From assembly GCA_036787895.1 (NCBI GenBank), contig DAIQOK010000007.1, positions 42,883 through 106,882 on the forward strand: DNA of 64,000 bases. The letters run 5' to 3'. This DNA comes from Bacteroidota bacterium (lineage in GTDB: Bacteria; Bacteroidota; Bacteroidia; UBA7662). Of this stretch, positions 48,175 to 59,407 are shown one piece after another. A model generated the notes under the pieces. The model had not been told where the DNA came from and made no database searches. It was given only the letters and a program-made list of their open reading frames with translations. The position numbers and the translations under genes were made by a program. How positions within the stretch are numbered: position 1 is the stretch's first letter; every line of letters starts with the position of its first letter.

Positions 48175-51048
48175 ATGACCCAGTTTTCCGGCAATTCAGA
48201 GTTTCAGGCACGCCATATCGGTCCAAACGCAGCGCATACCGCCCAGATGTTGAAAACCGTTGGCGTAAACAATCTTGAGCAGCTTATCGATGAGACCGTT
48301 CCTGCCAATATTCGCCGCAAAGAAGCTCTCAACATCCCACCGGCATTAAGCGAGCACGAAATGCTGAAACAACTTCGGAAGCTGGCCGACAAAAACAAAG
48401 TCTACAAAAGTTACCTCGGCATGGGTTATTACGACGTCATTGTGCCGGGCGTAATTCAGCGAAACATACTCGAAAATCCAGGTTGGTACACCCAATACAC
48501 TCCTTATCAGGCCGAAATCGCACAAGGTAGACTTGAAGCCCTGTTAAATTTCCAAACCATGGTGAATGACCTCACCGGCATGGAAATTTCCAACGCCTCA
48601 CTTCTCGACGAGGCTACTGCCGCCGGTGAAGCCATGCTCATGTTGCATGCGCAGAGCAATGCCCACGGTAAAAAATTCTTTGTTTCAGAAAAGTGTTTCC
48701 CGCAAACAAAAGCCGTTCTAGAAACACGTGCAGAGCCCCTCGACATTGAAATTGTTTACGGCCTTGTTGAAAATTTCGACTTCAGCACCGACTACTTCGG
48801 CGTGCTTTTCCAATATCCCGATGGCTACGGCTGCATACGTGATTACAAAAACTTCTGCGAAAAGGCCAAAGCTGCCGGCATTTATGTAGCTGTGGTGGCC
48901 GATTTGATGAGCCTTGTACTGCTGAGCCCACCCGGGGAGTGGGGAGCTGATGTAGTAGTAGGCTCGGCACAACGTTTTGGCGTACCTATGGGTTATGGTG
49001 GTCCGCATGCTGCTTTTTTCGCGACCAAAGAAGCTTATAAACGCGACATTCCCGGTCGTTTAATAGGCGTTTCTATCGATAGTCACGGCAACCAGGCTTT
49101 CCGCATGGCATTACAAACCCGGGAACAGCATATCCGTCGTGAGAAAGCTACTTCCAACATCTGTACTGCTCAGGTTTTATTGGCCATAATGGCCAGTATG
49201 TATGCCGTTTATCATGGTCCTCAAGGCATACGTGCCATCGCACAGCGTATCCATCAGCGGGCAGCGCAACTCGATGTTGCCCTCAAACAACTCGGTTTCA
49301 ACCAGCTGAATGAGCAGTATTTCGATACCTTGCAGGTTAAACTCACGGAGGAAGAGCGTGAAAAGCTGCATCGAATCGCGGAATCGAAACAAATCAACCT
49401 CAACTTCTTCGTTCCTGGTCAGGTTGGCATTTCGGTCGACGAAACCACCTCCATAGCCGATTTAGGCCAGGTAATCAGTGTATTTGCCGCCATCACCAAT
49501 GGCAAACAGGTAGATGTAGATCAGCTCAACCAGGAGGTTGATGCCAGCATCGACAGTCGTTTTGTACGTAATTCTGCCATTCTCTCCCATCCGGTATTCA
49601 ACAGCCACCACAGCGAGCATGAGATGCTGCGCTATATCAAGCAGCTCGAAAACAAAGATTTATCGTTGTGCCACAGCATGATTGCCCTTGGTTCCTGCAC
49701 CATGAAGCTGAACGCCACCACCGAGATGGTGCCTGTAACCTGGCCCGAATTCGGAGGAATTCATCCTTTTGCGCCACTGAGCCAGGCCGAAGGTTACAAG
49801 CAGCTTTTCGACGAGCTCAGCGATTACCTGAAAGATGTGACCGGATTTGCCGGCATTTCCTTACAACCCAATAGTGGTGCCCAGGGCGAATACGCCGGCT
49901 TGATGGTAATTCGTAACTACTTTAAAGCCAAAGGCGAAGGTCACCGAAATATCGCCCTCATTCCTTCTTCGGCTCATGGTACCAACCCGGCGTCGGCTGT
50001 TATGGCAGGCATGAAAGTAGTCGTTACCAAATGCGACGAAGCCGGTAATATCGACCTCATCGATCTACGCGAAAAAGCCGAATTACACAAAGACAATCTG
50101 GCTGTTTTGATGGTCACTTATCCATCTACCCATGGTGTTTTTGAAGAAAGCATCATTGAAATTTGTCAGCTCATCCACGACAATGGCGGTCAGGTGTATA
50201 TGGATGGTGCCAATATGAATGCCCAGGTAGGTTTAACCAGTCCCGGATTGATTGGTGCCGACGTTTGTCACCTCAATCTCCATAAAACCTTCTGTATTCC
50301 TCATGGCGGTGGCGGACCTGGCATGGGTCCGATTGGAGTAGCGGCCCATCTTGTGCCTTACTTGCCTGGTCATCCGGTGCAGCAAATCGGCAGCAAAACA
50401 GCGATGACGGCTGTTTCGGCAGCTCCCTGGGGAAGTGCCAGCATTTTGCTCATCAGCTATACCTACATCCGTATGATGGGTCCCGATGGACTTACCAATG
50501 CAACCAAATGGGCCATACTCAATGCCAACTACATCAAAGCACGCCTGGAGCAGCAATACGAAGTGTTGTACAGCGGCAGCAATGGCCGTTGTGCACACGA
50601 AATGATCATCGACTTCCGGCCATTCAAACAAACCGCCGGTTTGGAAGTAGAAGATGTAGCTAAACGTTTAATGGACTACGGCTTTCATGCGCCTACGGTT
50701 TCCTTCCCGGTTGCAGGCACCTTGATGATTGAGCCTACAGAATCAGAACCATTGCATGAACTGGATCGTTTTTGCGATGCTTTGCTGCTCATCCGTGAAG
50801 AAATACGGGAAATCGAAATGGGACTGGCCGACCGGGCAAACAATGTGTTGAAACATGCGCCTCACACTGTAGGTTTGGTAACCGGCGATAGCTGGGACCG
50901 CCCTTACAGTCGCCAAAAGGCTGCCTATCCAGCCACTTGGGTGGCACGTCACAAATTCTGGCCTTCGGTTGGTCGTATCAACAACACCTATGGCGACCGC
51001 AATCTCGTATGTGTATGTCCACCAATGGAAGCCTACGAAAACGCATAA
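48175..51048 (+). CDS. gcvP: Glycine dehydrogenase (decarboxylating), glycine cleavage P protein
   Basis: The 957-aa single-chain P protein has [18 protein letters not shown] and a PLP lysine region ([18 protein letters not shown]). Confidence 0.95.
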   Translation: MTQFSGNSEFQARHIGPNAAHTAQMLKTVGVNNLEQLIDETVPANIRRKEALNIPPALSEHEMLKQLRKLADKNKVYKSYLGMGYYDVIVPGVIQRNILENPGWYTQYTPYQAEIAQGRLEALLNFQTMVNDLTGMEISNASLLDEATAAGEAMLMLHAQSNAHGKKFFVSEKCFPQTKAVLETRAEPLDIEIVYGLVENFDFSTDYFGVLFQYPDGYGCIRDYKNFCEKAKAAGIYVAVVADLMSLVLLSPPGEWGADVVVGSAQRFGVPMGYGGPHAAFFATKEAYKRDIPGRLIGVSIDSHGNQAFRMALQTREQHIRREKATSNICTAQVLLAIMASMYAVYHGPQGIRAIAQRIHQRAAQLDVALKQLGFNQLNEQYFDTLQVKLTEEEREKLHRIAESKQINLNFFVPGQVGISVDETTSIADLGQVISVFAAITNGKQVDVDQLNQEVDASIDSRFVRNSAILSHPVFNSHHSEHEMLRYIKQLENKDLSLCHSMIALGSCTMKLNATTEMVPVTWPEFGGIHPFAPLSQAEGYKQLFDELSDYLKDVTGFAGISLQPNSGAQGEYAGLMVIRNYFKAKGEGHRNIALIPSSAHGTNPASAVMAGMKVVVTKCDEAGNIDLIDLREKAELHKDNLAVLMVTYPSTHGVFEESIIEICQLIHDNGGQVYMDGANMNAQVGLTSPGLIGADVCHLNLHKTFCIPHGGGGPGMGPIGVAAHLVPYLPGHPVQQIGSKTAMTAVSAAPWGSASILLISYTYIRMMGPDGLTNATKWAILNANYIKARLEQQYEVLYSGSNGRCAHEMIIDFRPFKQTAGLEVEDVAKRLMDYGFHAPTVSFPVAGTLMIEPTESEPLHELDRFCDALLLIREEIREIEMGLADRANNVLKHAPHTVGLVTGDSWDRPYSRQKAAYPATWVARHKFWPSVGRINNTYGDRNLVCVCPPMEAYENA

Positions 51049-51067
51049 ACAACCACTTTTGCTTGTC

Positions 51068-51103
51068 AAAAGCCCCGGCCAAAGGCTGGGGCTTTTTTTT
51101 TTG
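51068..51103 (+). terminator. Rho-independent terminator after gcvP
   Basis: aaagccccggccaaaggctggggcttttttttttg. Confidence 0.85.
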
Positions 51104-51214
51104 ACTGTTTGCGGATTTTTGCTCCCGGCTTTCGCCGTTTGAACTAACAAATATTAACTAAATGACTTTTATGTGAGCAACAAAGTGTAGCTTGCTTTAG
51201 CGAAATCTTAATTT

Positions 51215-53077
51215 ATGAAAAAATTATTACTCACCCTGGCCGGCGTAGCGCTGGTCACCGGCCTGATGGCCCAAACCGGAAGTCGCGGTCAGAAGCGGGC
51301 TTTGCAGGAACGACCAGCCCTATATGAAGATGGTCAACTTCGACCGGAAGCGGTATTGTGGTCGCAGAACTTCTCTAACACTACCGGTGTAAGCTTTGCA
51401 CAAACAGCAGCTTCGAGCAATGGTTGGAAGATTATTTCGGCTTTGGAGCCCAATATCACTGCACAAAATTTTGGCACTACCTTAAATTCCCTCTCAGGAG
51501 GCCCTTTTGCCTTCATTAACTCTGATTCATTTCCGAATGGTTCGCAGAACAGCTCGCTAATTTTAAAAGTTGGTGTGAGCTTGGCCGGCGTTTCAGGAGT
51601 ACAGTTGAGTTTTCGGCATTACTTCCGTCGCTTTCAGGAGCAGCATATTGTTGAAGTCAGTAACGACTCCACTGCCTGGGTAATCGTTTACAACAGCTCG
51701 CAAACCATCCCTGTAAACACAACCATTCCAAATGCTACTTTGGAGGAAATCAACATCTCTACCGTTGCCGCCAACCAAGCTAATGTATGGGTGCGCTTTC
51801 GTTATGTTGGCGCCTGGGATTGGTTTTGGGCGGTAGATGATGTAGAGATATCGGATTTGCCACCCAACGACCTTAAATTGGAGGACTACAGTATTGTACC
51901 TGAAAAACGACTTGTATTTTATGGAACCAATACCCCGAACCACAAGACTGATTCGCTTACTTTTCAAGGAGCAGTATTGAACTTTGGCACGAATAGTCAG
52001 CCAAACACCCGCATGACGAGTACTATCATGGCCGGTGCCAATACCCTGTTTAACAATACATCGAGCAGTGTAACTCTGGCCGGTGGCGCCAGAGACACCC
52101 TTGAATCGACTGGTGGCTTTAATCTGAATACCGTGAATGGCTCCGGCGAATTGGTTGCACGTATATTGTTGCAGTCCGATTCGCTAGATGGCAGTCCGGC
52201 CAACAATGAAGTGACCCTACGCTTTAATATCGGCGACAGCGTGATGAGCGTAGCGCGTCCAACGGCGGAACGCACCACCACCCTGGGCACAAGCTCCTTT
52301 GGCGCCGACAGTCATGACGGCTTCATCCTCGCCTCCTTAATTGAGCTTTCTGAACAAGACACCATTACCGGCATCAAAATTCGTCTAGGCAACAGTACAC
52401 CCGGCGCTTTGATTCAAATCAGTGTGAGAGATACCGCCGGATTGTTTGGCACGCCTGCAGGAGGCATTTCCTTCCCAATTTTAATGGAGGCGGATTTATA
52501 TACACTCAGCAGTGCCGATACAGCCGCCGGTTATGTCGTTATACCTATTCCTGACATCCTGGCTGGCTTGCCTCAAAATCGTGTGCTTGCTGCCGGCGCC
52601 TATTATGTGGCTGCCGAGCTATATTCGTCGTCAGGAACTACACACATTCGGGTAGTAGATGATTTAAGCTATGACCGCTTCCAACCAACTTATGCCTCCA
52701 TGATTTACATAGCAACAGATGCTACCTGGTATAACAATGGGGTATCGATGGCAGTTGAAGGTGTATTTGGTCGTGTTTTATCCAGCAACAGCTCCATTGC
52801 GGAATTGGAAAATGGCAACTTAAAATTTGGTGCTGTATACCCTAATCCGGCTCAAAATGAGTTGAACTTGCCGTATACCTTAAAAACCAATGCACAGCTG
52901 AAAGTGAATGTGCGCGATCTGACCGGTCGTTTGGTTTATAATCAAGCGGCACAACATCAAACCGCCGGCGATCACCTGTTTACTTTAGCTCTTGATCAAT
53001 TACGTTCCGGGGTTTATTTCGTTGAGCTCAATGCCAACGGTCAATTACGCCGGCAGAAATTTGTAGTGAATCGTTGA
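51215..53077 (+). CDS. Secreted protein with T9SS C-terminal sorting domain (paralog 1 of 3)
   Basis: A signal peptide opens the protein. The paralogs share a core (RFRYVGAWDWFWAVDDVEISDLPPNDLKLEDY). The T9SS C-terminal domain is VYPNPAQNELNL ... SGVYFVELNANGQ. Confidence 0.8.
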   Translation: MKKLLLTLAGVALVTGLMAQTGSRGQKRALQERPALYEDGQLRPEAVLWSQNFSNTTGVSFAQTAASSNGWKIISALEPNITAQNFGTTLNSLSGGPFAFINSDSFPNGSQNSSLILKVGVSLAGVSGVQLSFRHYFRRFQEQHIVEVSNDSTAWVIVYNSSQTIPVNTTIPNATLEEINISTVAANQANVWVRFRYVGAWDWFWAVDDVEISDLPPNDLKLEDYSIVPEKRLVFYGTNTPNHKTDSLTFQGAVLNFGTNSQPNTRMTSTIMAGANTLFNNTSSSVTLAGGARDTLESTGGFNLNTVNGSGELVARILLQSDSLDGSPANNEVTLRFNIGDSVMSVARPTAERTTTLGTSSFGADSHDGFILASLIELSEQDTITGIKIRLGNSTPGALIQISVRDTAGLFGTPAGGISFPILMEADLYTLSSADTAAGYVVIPIPDILAGLPQNRVLAAGAYYVAAELYSSSGTTHIRVVDDLSYDRFQPTYASMIYIATDATWYNNGVSMAVEGVFGRVLSSNSSIAELENGNLKFGAVYPNPAQNELNLPYTLKTNAQLKVNVRDLTGRLVYNQAAQHQTAGDHLFTLALDQLRSGVYFVELNANGQLRRQKFVVNR

Positions 53078-53103
53078 TTCTTGCTACCAGCAAATTGAAT
53101 ATA

Positions 53104-53128
53104 AGAGGCCTTTGGGCCTCTTTTTTTG
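53104..53128 (+). terminator. Rho-independent terminator after T9SS paralog 1
   Basis: agaggcctttgggcctctttttttg. Confidence 0.8.
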
Positions 53129-53381
53129 TTTTTAGACAAACAACACCGCTTGAGTTAACCGCCAAAAAACAGTGGCAAATATATCCCCTTGAATCAAGCC
53201 GCAAAAAGTCTGTAGAATCGCCAACAGACGTTAACAATTTCCAATTTTATACAATCAAACAAATTCAATGGTCATTCTTAGGTTTTGTTAGCGTCTCTTA
53301 GCTTTCGTTGACGTTGCCTACACATTCTTGTGACAATGCCCGGCGGGGGTGGGTCTAATTTAGATTTCAAACCCCAACGCT

Positions 53382-55496
53382 ATGAAACGTCTCCTTTTTC
53401 TCGGCTTTTTCAGTGTTTCTATTGGTGCTACTGCCCAAGACAATCACAATCCGGTTGCTAACCGACTAAAACTTCAGCAACTCGGTCAAACAACCACCAT
53501 CCGGGCTGATTTGCCTACAGCTAACCAGCCTGTTGGTGTGAACACACCTATTGCCCAACGCTTGCGCCAACAGCAATTGCCGCAAGTCAATAGTATTCGG
53601 CTTTCACCACCATATCCGGGATCACCGAGTAATCAAAGTCCCATCGCCAACCGTTTGCGCTTAAACCCCCTACCAATTGCTCCGGTTAATCACAGCTATC
53701 AGGCCCGCATACATAGTGGTGCGCAATTAATTTATGGCAGCGATTTTAGCGTAGCTGCCGACTGGGTAAGCGGAAAAGCCAGTGGCACTTCCGGCGATTG
53801 GGTCATTTCTGCCACCGGAGCAAGTGGTCCCTTTAGTATAGGTACCATACAATCTACCACCCGCACCAATGGTTTCGCCAAATTCGACTCTGACCTGGGC
53901 TGCAGCGGCAACCAGCATGCTTGGATAAGCATGAGCCAACCCATCAGCCTCAGCAACCACCCTGCAGTAATCGTTGAGTTTCAACAGTATTACAGTAAAT
54001 ACATCGACTCCACTTTTGTGGATGTAAGTAGCAATGGCACAAGTTGGATGGCCTATGAAGTCAATAGCCAATATGCCAACAACGATATCTCCCCCAATCC
54101 CGAAACCGTTCAGCTCAACATTTCAGCTGCAGCCGGCGGTCAGCCCTTGGTATGGATTCGTTTTCGCTTTTACAGCCGTACAGCAACTATGGGGCCCGGT
54201 GCCGGCTGTGGTTACGCCTGGATGGTAGACGACTTCAAGGTAATGACCCTGCCCGACAACGACCTGGTGCTGGAGGATCATGCTGTAAACCCCAGTAACA
54301 AGCTGCTTTTTTACGGTCGTACACCGATAAACCAACTCAACGACTCTATCAATTTTATAGCTACAGCGCACAACTTCGGCGCGGCTTCCCAACCCGGAAC
54401 TTTGATGTATGGTCAGGTTCGCAACGACAATGGCACCTATCGTTTTGCCGACACCGTATTTCGGAGCACGCCTTTATTGGTAGACGCCAGAGATACATCG
54501 GCAACCACCAAGTGGTTTAATATGGTGGGTACACCGATTGGTCGTTACAATTATGTTATAGGCTATAAAAGCGACTCGGTAGATGCCACCCCAACCAACA
54601 ACGCCATTTCGAGAAATTTTTATATAACCGACACTACTTATCGCTTATCGTCGGACTTCTCGCGCACCAATGGCCTGACGACCGATAGTTGGGACTATAC
54701 CGATGATGGCTTGCGCATGGCTGTCTTTTATGAACTGCCCGAGGGCGACACCATTACGTCTGTAACGGTTCGTTTAACGTCCACGACCCGGGTAGGAGCC
54801 TTGCTCCATGCTACTGTCCGCGACACTTTTGGCCTATTTACCAATTACCAGGCGGCTTTGCAGAATCCTTCCAGCTTTGCCCCCTTCCTCGAATCGGATA
54901 TGTATGAAGTTACAGCCGCCGACAGCATAGCAGGCTTTGCCACCATTACCATTCCTTCGGTTTTATTCGGCGGAACCTTGCAAAACACCATTTTACCTGC
55001 CGGCGCCTACTTTGTTGCCGTTGAACTTTTCAGTTCCAATGGCCAATACCCCTGTGGCGTGCTTGACGATGAAAGTTTCATTGCCTTTATGCCGCCTTAC
55101 GCCAGCCTCACCTTCATTCCTGCTGACCCTGCTGATCCCGGAAGCTCACCACGTTGGTGGACCAATGGCACAGCTCATGCCGTCTATGCCAATTTCGGTC
55201 GGCCGGGGAATGTAAGCGTAAACGACTTAACACAGTTCGCTATTGGTTTAAAAGCTTACCCTAATCCAAGTCAAGGTTTGGTTCAAATTGACTTTGAACT
55301 GATTCAATCGAGTCCTGTACAACTGCAAATCCGCGATATGCAGGGCAAACTTTTGCAACAAACCAGCTATGGACAGCTAGCTGCCGGCGAACATCGTCAA
55401 GAACTCAATCTGAATGGCTTGATGGCAGGCATGTATTTAATCCAGCTTCAAACCGGCAAACAATCACAGTTCACCAAGCTCATACTTCAACCCTAA
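53382..55496 (+). CDS. Secreted protein with T9SS C-terminal sorting domain (paralog 2 of 3)
   Basis: Shared core (RFRFYSRTA ... YAWMVDDFKVMTLPDNDLVLEDH). The C-terminal domain is AYPNPSQGLVQIDF ... AGMYLIQLQTG. Confidence 0.8.
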   Translation: MKRLLFLGFFSVSIGATAQDNHNPVANRLKLQQLGQTTTIRADLPTANQPVGVNTPIAQRLRQQQLPQVNSIRLSPPYPGSPSNQSPIANRLRLNPLPIAPVNHSYQARIHSGAQLIYGSDFSVAADWVSGKASGTSGDWVISATGASGPFSIGTIQSTTRTNGFAKFDSDLGCSGNQHAWISMSQPISLSNHPAVIVEFQQYYSKYIDSTFVDVSSNGTSWMAYEVNSQYANNDISPNPETVQLNISAAAGGQPLVWIRFRFYSRTATMGPGAGCGYAWMVDDFKVMTLPDNDLVLEDHAVNPSNKLLFYGRTPINQLNDSINFIATAHNFGAASQPGTLMYGQVRNDNGTYRFADTVFRSTPLLVDARDTSATTKWFNMVGTPIGRYNYVIGYKSDSVDATPTNNAISRNFYITDTTYRLSSDFSRTNGLTTDSWDYTDDGLRMAVFYELPEGDTITSVTVRLTSTTRVGALLHATVRDTFGLFTNYQAALQNPSSFAPFLESDMYEVTAADSIAGFATITIPSVLFGGTLQNTILPAGAYFVAVELFSSNGQYPCGVLDDESFIAFMPPYASLTFIPADPADPGSSPRWWTNGTAHAVYANFGRPGNVSVNDLTQFAIGLKAYPNPSQGLVQIDFELIQSSPVQLQIRDMQGKLLQQTSYGQLAAGEHRQELNLNGLMAGMYLIQLQTGKQSQFTKLILQP

Positions 55497-55521
55497 TTCA
55501 AATCTTATTCAATTCTATTTT

Positions 55522-57432
55522 ATGAAAAAAATCCTACTTCTAGCGCTTAGTTTGGGCGCTTTATCGGCGCAAGCTCAAAAGTCGAACGCCGACGCAGCAC
55601 TGGCTCCATTACGCGACATCGCCCCGGAAGGCCGATCGGTACAAGTAATACAATCCACCACTTATCAAACTGAGGCAAGCACAGTAGTCTGGTCTGAAAA
55701 TTTTGCGGGTGGTTTTCCGGCAGGCTGGATACAAATCGACTCTTCCAACATCAATCCCTGGAAATGGAGCCTGAATGGCAGTCGTGGCTTTTTTAATGGT
55801 CCGGGTGCCGGTCAGCCTTCGCCTGGAATACAGTCGACCACACGAACCAACGGCTTTTTACTCAACGACCCGGATTCCGCGAATCATTTCACTTATGGCC
55901 AGCCTTCGGGTAATACTTATCAGTATTTGTCTTCCTATGTTCAGACCTCTAAAATAACTGGTCTGGCCGCTACGCCTTTTCTAAAATTGGAATTTCAGCA
56001 GCACTTTCGAATGAATAATGAAGTGAGTCCTTTGGTGCAGTTGTCGACCGACTCAACCACCTGGACCACCATCAACATTCGTCAATTGGTAGCGAGCAAT
56101 GCTGCATCACCCGATCCTATGCTCATAAGTTTGAATATCACCAACATACTGAATGGTCAAAATCAATTATGGATCCGTTTTGGCTGGAGTGCACGCGTGT
56201 ATTATTGGATGATAGATGACATCCAGCTCCGGACACTCGAAGACAACGACCTGGCCATTGAAGACATAGGTCTTGCAAATGCCAATCGGGTAATTAACTA
56301 TGCTCAGTTGCCCCTTCGCCAGCTAAGTGCCAATTACACCCCGGAAGTAATGCTTTTCAACAATGGTTCGCTTGCACAGCCCAACACCCGGCTCGAAGCG
56401 GCCTTTTATAATACTGCAGGAGTAGCCATAGCCAGCGGAACCAGCCCGGTGCTTTCCAGTTTTGCTGCCGGTTCACGCGATACCCTCGAAACAGCCGCCA
56501 TCTCTACCGCTAATTTGGTTCCCGGTAACTATGTGTTACGCTATCATGTACGTTCTGATAGTGTTGATTTTAATCCTTTGGATAACCGAGACTCTCTTCG
56601 ACTCCTGGTGGGGGATACCGTTATGGCATTGGACGGACACAATAAACGAATCAGCTTTTCAGGCACAAATTCTTTCACTGGAGGAACAGATGGTTTGATT
56701 TTCGCCAACTATTTTGAACTCCGCCAGCCCGACACGATTACGTCGGTTACCGTACTTTTATCAGCACAAACCCGCCCTGGCGCATTATTGGTGGCTTCTG
56801 TACGTGATACCTCCGGAGAGTTTACCAATCCCGCTTCTTTACCCGTACTCCTTGAATCGGAAATCTACTCCATAACCCGTCAAGATAGCATGGCCGGTCG
56901 TGCAATCATTCCCATTCCCACCCGACTATCGGATGGTACACCGCAAAATGTGGTCTTACAACCCGGCGATTATTTTGTAGGTATTGAAATGTACAGTAAC
57001 AACGACGTCAACCGCGTTCGTATCCTGGATGATGAAAGTATTGAGCAACCCTTTTATGCTGCCATCATCTTCATGCCTGGCGATCGCTGGTATTCGAACG
57101 GAAATGCATGGGGAATACGGGCCAATTTCAACCGGGTTGGGGCAGCCCTTGCATTGGCGAAAACCAGTACGGTTAAAGCCATTAAAACCTATCCTAACCC
57201 ACAAATCGCAGGTGCTGGTATTGTGGTAAGCCTTGAACTAGAGCGTGCCGGTGACTGGCAATTGGAGGTTTACGATGCCATGGGTCGTCGTTTCCAAGTG
57301 CCGGTAAAAATTGAAAAAACAGCATCACACTATCAATTCGACATTTCTACGGAAGGATTAGCCGCAGGCATTTATCATTTACGCCTGAGCAACGGTACGG
57401 AAGTAGTCAACCAAAAGCTCAGTTTGTACTAA
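55522..57432 (+). CDS. Secreted protein with T9SS C-terminal sorting domain (paralog 3 of 3)
   Basis: Shared core (RFGWSARVYYWMIDDIQLRTLEDNDLAIEDI). The C-terminal domain is TYPNPQIAGAGIVV ... AGIYHLRLSNG. Confidence 0.8.
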   Translation: MKKILLLALSLGALSAQAQKSNADAALAPLRDIAPEGRSVQVIQSTTYQTEASTVVWSENFAGGFPAGWIQIDSSNINPWKWSLNGSRGFFNGPGAGQPSPGIQSTTRTNGFLLNDPDSANHFTYGQPSGNTYQYLSSYVQTSKITGLAATPFLKLEFQQHFRMNNEVSPLVQLSTDSTTWTTINIRQLVASNAASPDPMLISLNITNILNGQNQLWIRFGWSARVYYWMIDDIQLRTLEDNDLAIEDIGLANANRVINYAQLPLRQLSANYTPEVMLFNNGSLAQPNTRLEAAFYNTAGVAIASGTSPVLSSFAAGSRDTLETAAISTANLVPGNYVLRYHVRSDSVDFNPLDNRDSLRLLVGDTVMALDGHNKRISFSGTNSFTGGTDGLIFANYFELRQPDTITSVTVLLSAQTRPGALLVASVRDTSGEFTNPASLPVLLESEIYSITRQDSMAGRAIIPIPTRLSDGTPQNVVLQPGDYFVGIEMYSNNDVNRVRILDDESIEQPFYAAIIFMPGDRWYSNGNAWGIRANFNRVGAALALAKTSTVKAIKTYPNPQIAGAGIVVSLELERAGDWQLEVYDAMGRRFQVPVKIEKTASHYQFDISTEGLAAGIYHLRLSNGTEVVNQKLSLY

Positions 57433-57454
57433 CAGAGACTGAAGCAGTAGGGTG

Positions 57455-57487
57455 GGCTGGTTGTCGGGAGATAACCAGCCCTTTTTG
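57455..57487 (+). terminator. Rho-independent terminator after T9SS paralog 3
   Basis: ggctggttgtcgggagataaccagccctttttg. Confidence 0.8.
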
Positions 57488-57541
57488 TTGGCTGTTCTAT
57501 TGTAAATATCGGCTCAACCGGGTATTTTTCAAGATAGTATC

Positions 57542-58240
57542 ATGCTTTACCTTGCTCAACATCATGTTATCGATCCCGGAAGCTCCTGGTGGTGGGCCGG
57601 TTTAGGTATATTATTTCTTCAGATAATATTGGCTTTACAACTTGGAAAAAGTCTTTCCGTAGCCGGTAGGAAGCGTTTTGAGCAGGGCTGGGGTTTATTG
57701 TTGTTGGTGATTTTCCTGGGTATGAATTTTTATCGCCTCTACCAGGGTGTATGGCACCTCAGCGACAGTTTACCCTTGCAGATGTGCGGCATGAGCCACC
57801 TTCTGGCCATTGCAGCTCTTTTATTTCGTCAAAAATGGGCCTTCCTGCCTTTGCTTTTCTGGGGTCTGGCCGGCGGCATCCATTCTTTTCTCACACCCGA
57901 GCTAACTTTAGGCAGCAATACTTTTTTCATCAGTGAATACTATTTCACCCATGCTTCTATCATTGCCGCCCCATTGTACCTTATTTGGGTGAATGGTCAC
58001 CGCATCAGTCGCTGGAGCTGGCTAAAAGCCCTGTGGTGGAATAATCTGATCCTCTTACCCATTGGTTTGTTGAATGTACTGCTCGACGCCAACTATATGT
58101 ACCTCAGCACCAAACCATTGGCCAATAATCCTTTCGTCATGGGAGACTGGCCTTGGTACATATTGGGTTTCGAATTGGCTGCTGTACTCCACTATGTAGC
58201 TCTTTCTTTCGTTTTCAGAAGCCATTGGGCGAAAACCTGA
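57542..58240 (+). CDS. Integral membrane protein (YwaF/TIGR02206-like), function unknown
   Basis: Six or more hydrophobic helices; I recognise no catalytic motif. Confidence 0.5.
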   Translation: MLYLAQHHVIDPGSSWWWAGLGILFLQIILALQLGKSLSVAGRKRFEQGWGLLLLVIFLGMNFYRLYQGVWHLSDSLPLQMCGMSHLLAIAALLFRQKWAFLPLLFWGLAGGIHSFLTPELTLGSNTFFISEYYFTHASIIAAPLYLIWVNGHRISRWSWLKALWWNNLILLPIGLLNVLLDANYMYLSTKPLANNPFVMGDWPWYILGFELAAVLHYVALSFVFRSHWAKT

Positions 58241-58552
58241 CACTGTCAATTGAAAATCGCTGAAGTCCATAGTCCATGCGCTCACTGCGTGAGCTGACCC
58301 TAGACCATGGTCGATAACATCAATCACCGTTGATGTCTGAAGATTGTGATTCTGCCCTCTAGCGCGATTCATTGATCTACCGCAGCGGTGAACGGGACAG
58401 CATTGACCATAGACCAGCGGCTTAGACAGTCACTCCCGGGCTGCCCCAATTATATCTAAAACATATTCACACCAGCTGTTGGAAACTCAAAATCAAGCTG
58501 CTATATTTGCAGTCCTTTTTAGAATCAATAACTATCAATTAACAGAAAAGCA

Positions 58553-58996
58553 GTGAATACGTTAAGTTACAAAACTGTCTCTGCCAACCGTCAGACGGTT
58601 GAGAAAAAGTGGTATCTCATCGATGCCGAAGCAGAGATCGTGGGGCGCCTTGCTGCCCGCGTTGCACATGTGCTCCGTGGCAAAAACAAGGCCAGCTACA
58701 CCCCACACGTAGACTGTGGTGATAATGTGATCATTATCAACGCAGACAAGGTGAGATTTACAGGTGAAAAAATGCGCGAGAAGGAGTACTTCTTCTATTC
58801 GGGACATCCGGGTGGAAAACGTCTCGAAACCGCCAAAGACCTGATGCGTCGTCGGCCTACCTACGTGATGGAAAAAGCCATCAAAGGCATGCTCCCGAAA
58901 AATCGTCTTGGTCGTGAAATGTTCCGCAACTTGCATGTATATGCCGGTGCCCAGCATCCTCATGAAGCGCAACAACCTGAAATTCTCAAATTCTAA
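58553..58996 (+). CDS. rplM: 50S ribosomal protein L13
   Basis: KKWYLIDAEAEIVGRLAARVAHVLRGKNKASYTPHVDCGD. Confidence 0.95.
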   Translation: MNTLSYKTVSANRQTVEKKWYLIDAEAEIVGRLAARVAHVLRGKNKASYTPHVDCGDNVIIINADKVRFTGEKMREKEYFFYSGHPGGKRLETAKDLMRRRPTYVMEKAIKGMLPKNRLGREMFRNLHVYAGAQHPHEAQQPEILKF

Positions 58997-59001
58997 GCCC
59001 T

Positions 59002-59388
59002 ATGTCGGTTACTAACACCCTCGGAAGAAGGAAAAATGCCGTTGTTCGCGTTTACGTGACACCAGGCAAAGGCGATATCACCGTAAATGGTCGCCCTTAC
59101 ACAGAATATTTTCCCCTGGAGACTCTCCAGCAGATTTTGCTGAAATCGTTCTCGGCCACCAACACCCTTGGTCAGTACGATGTTAAAGCCAACGCCTTTG
59201 GCGGTGGCATCAGCGGTCAGGCCGAAGCTTTACAGCTCGCCATTGCCCGTGCACTCGACGAAATTAACCCCGAACACCACAGCGCCCTCAAAGCGATGAA
59301 GCTCCTCACCCGTGATCCACGTATGGTTGAGCGTAAGAAGTTCGGTCAACGTAAAGCTCGTCGTCGTTTCCAATTCAGCAAACGTTAA
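59002..59388 (+). CDS. rpsI: 30S ribosomal protein S9
   Basis: The C-terminal [16 protein letters not shown]; 128 aa. Confidence 0.95.
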   Translation: MSVTNTLGRRKNAVVRVYVTPGKGDITVNGRPYTEYFPLETLQQILLKSFSATNTLGQYDVKANAFGGGISGQAEALQLAIARALDEINPEHHSALKAMKLLTRDPRMVERKKFGQRKARRRFQFSKR

Positions 59389-59407
59389 TCAGCGGAGGAC
59401 AAAAATC

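Noticed and set aside
59312-59407. 5' extension of rpsB suggested by the ORF track (start at 59312)
   Set aside because: The extension overlaps the end of rpsI and lacks S2 homology. The conserved S2 N-terminus [10 protein letters not shown] begins at the ATG at 59408.
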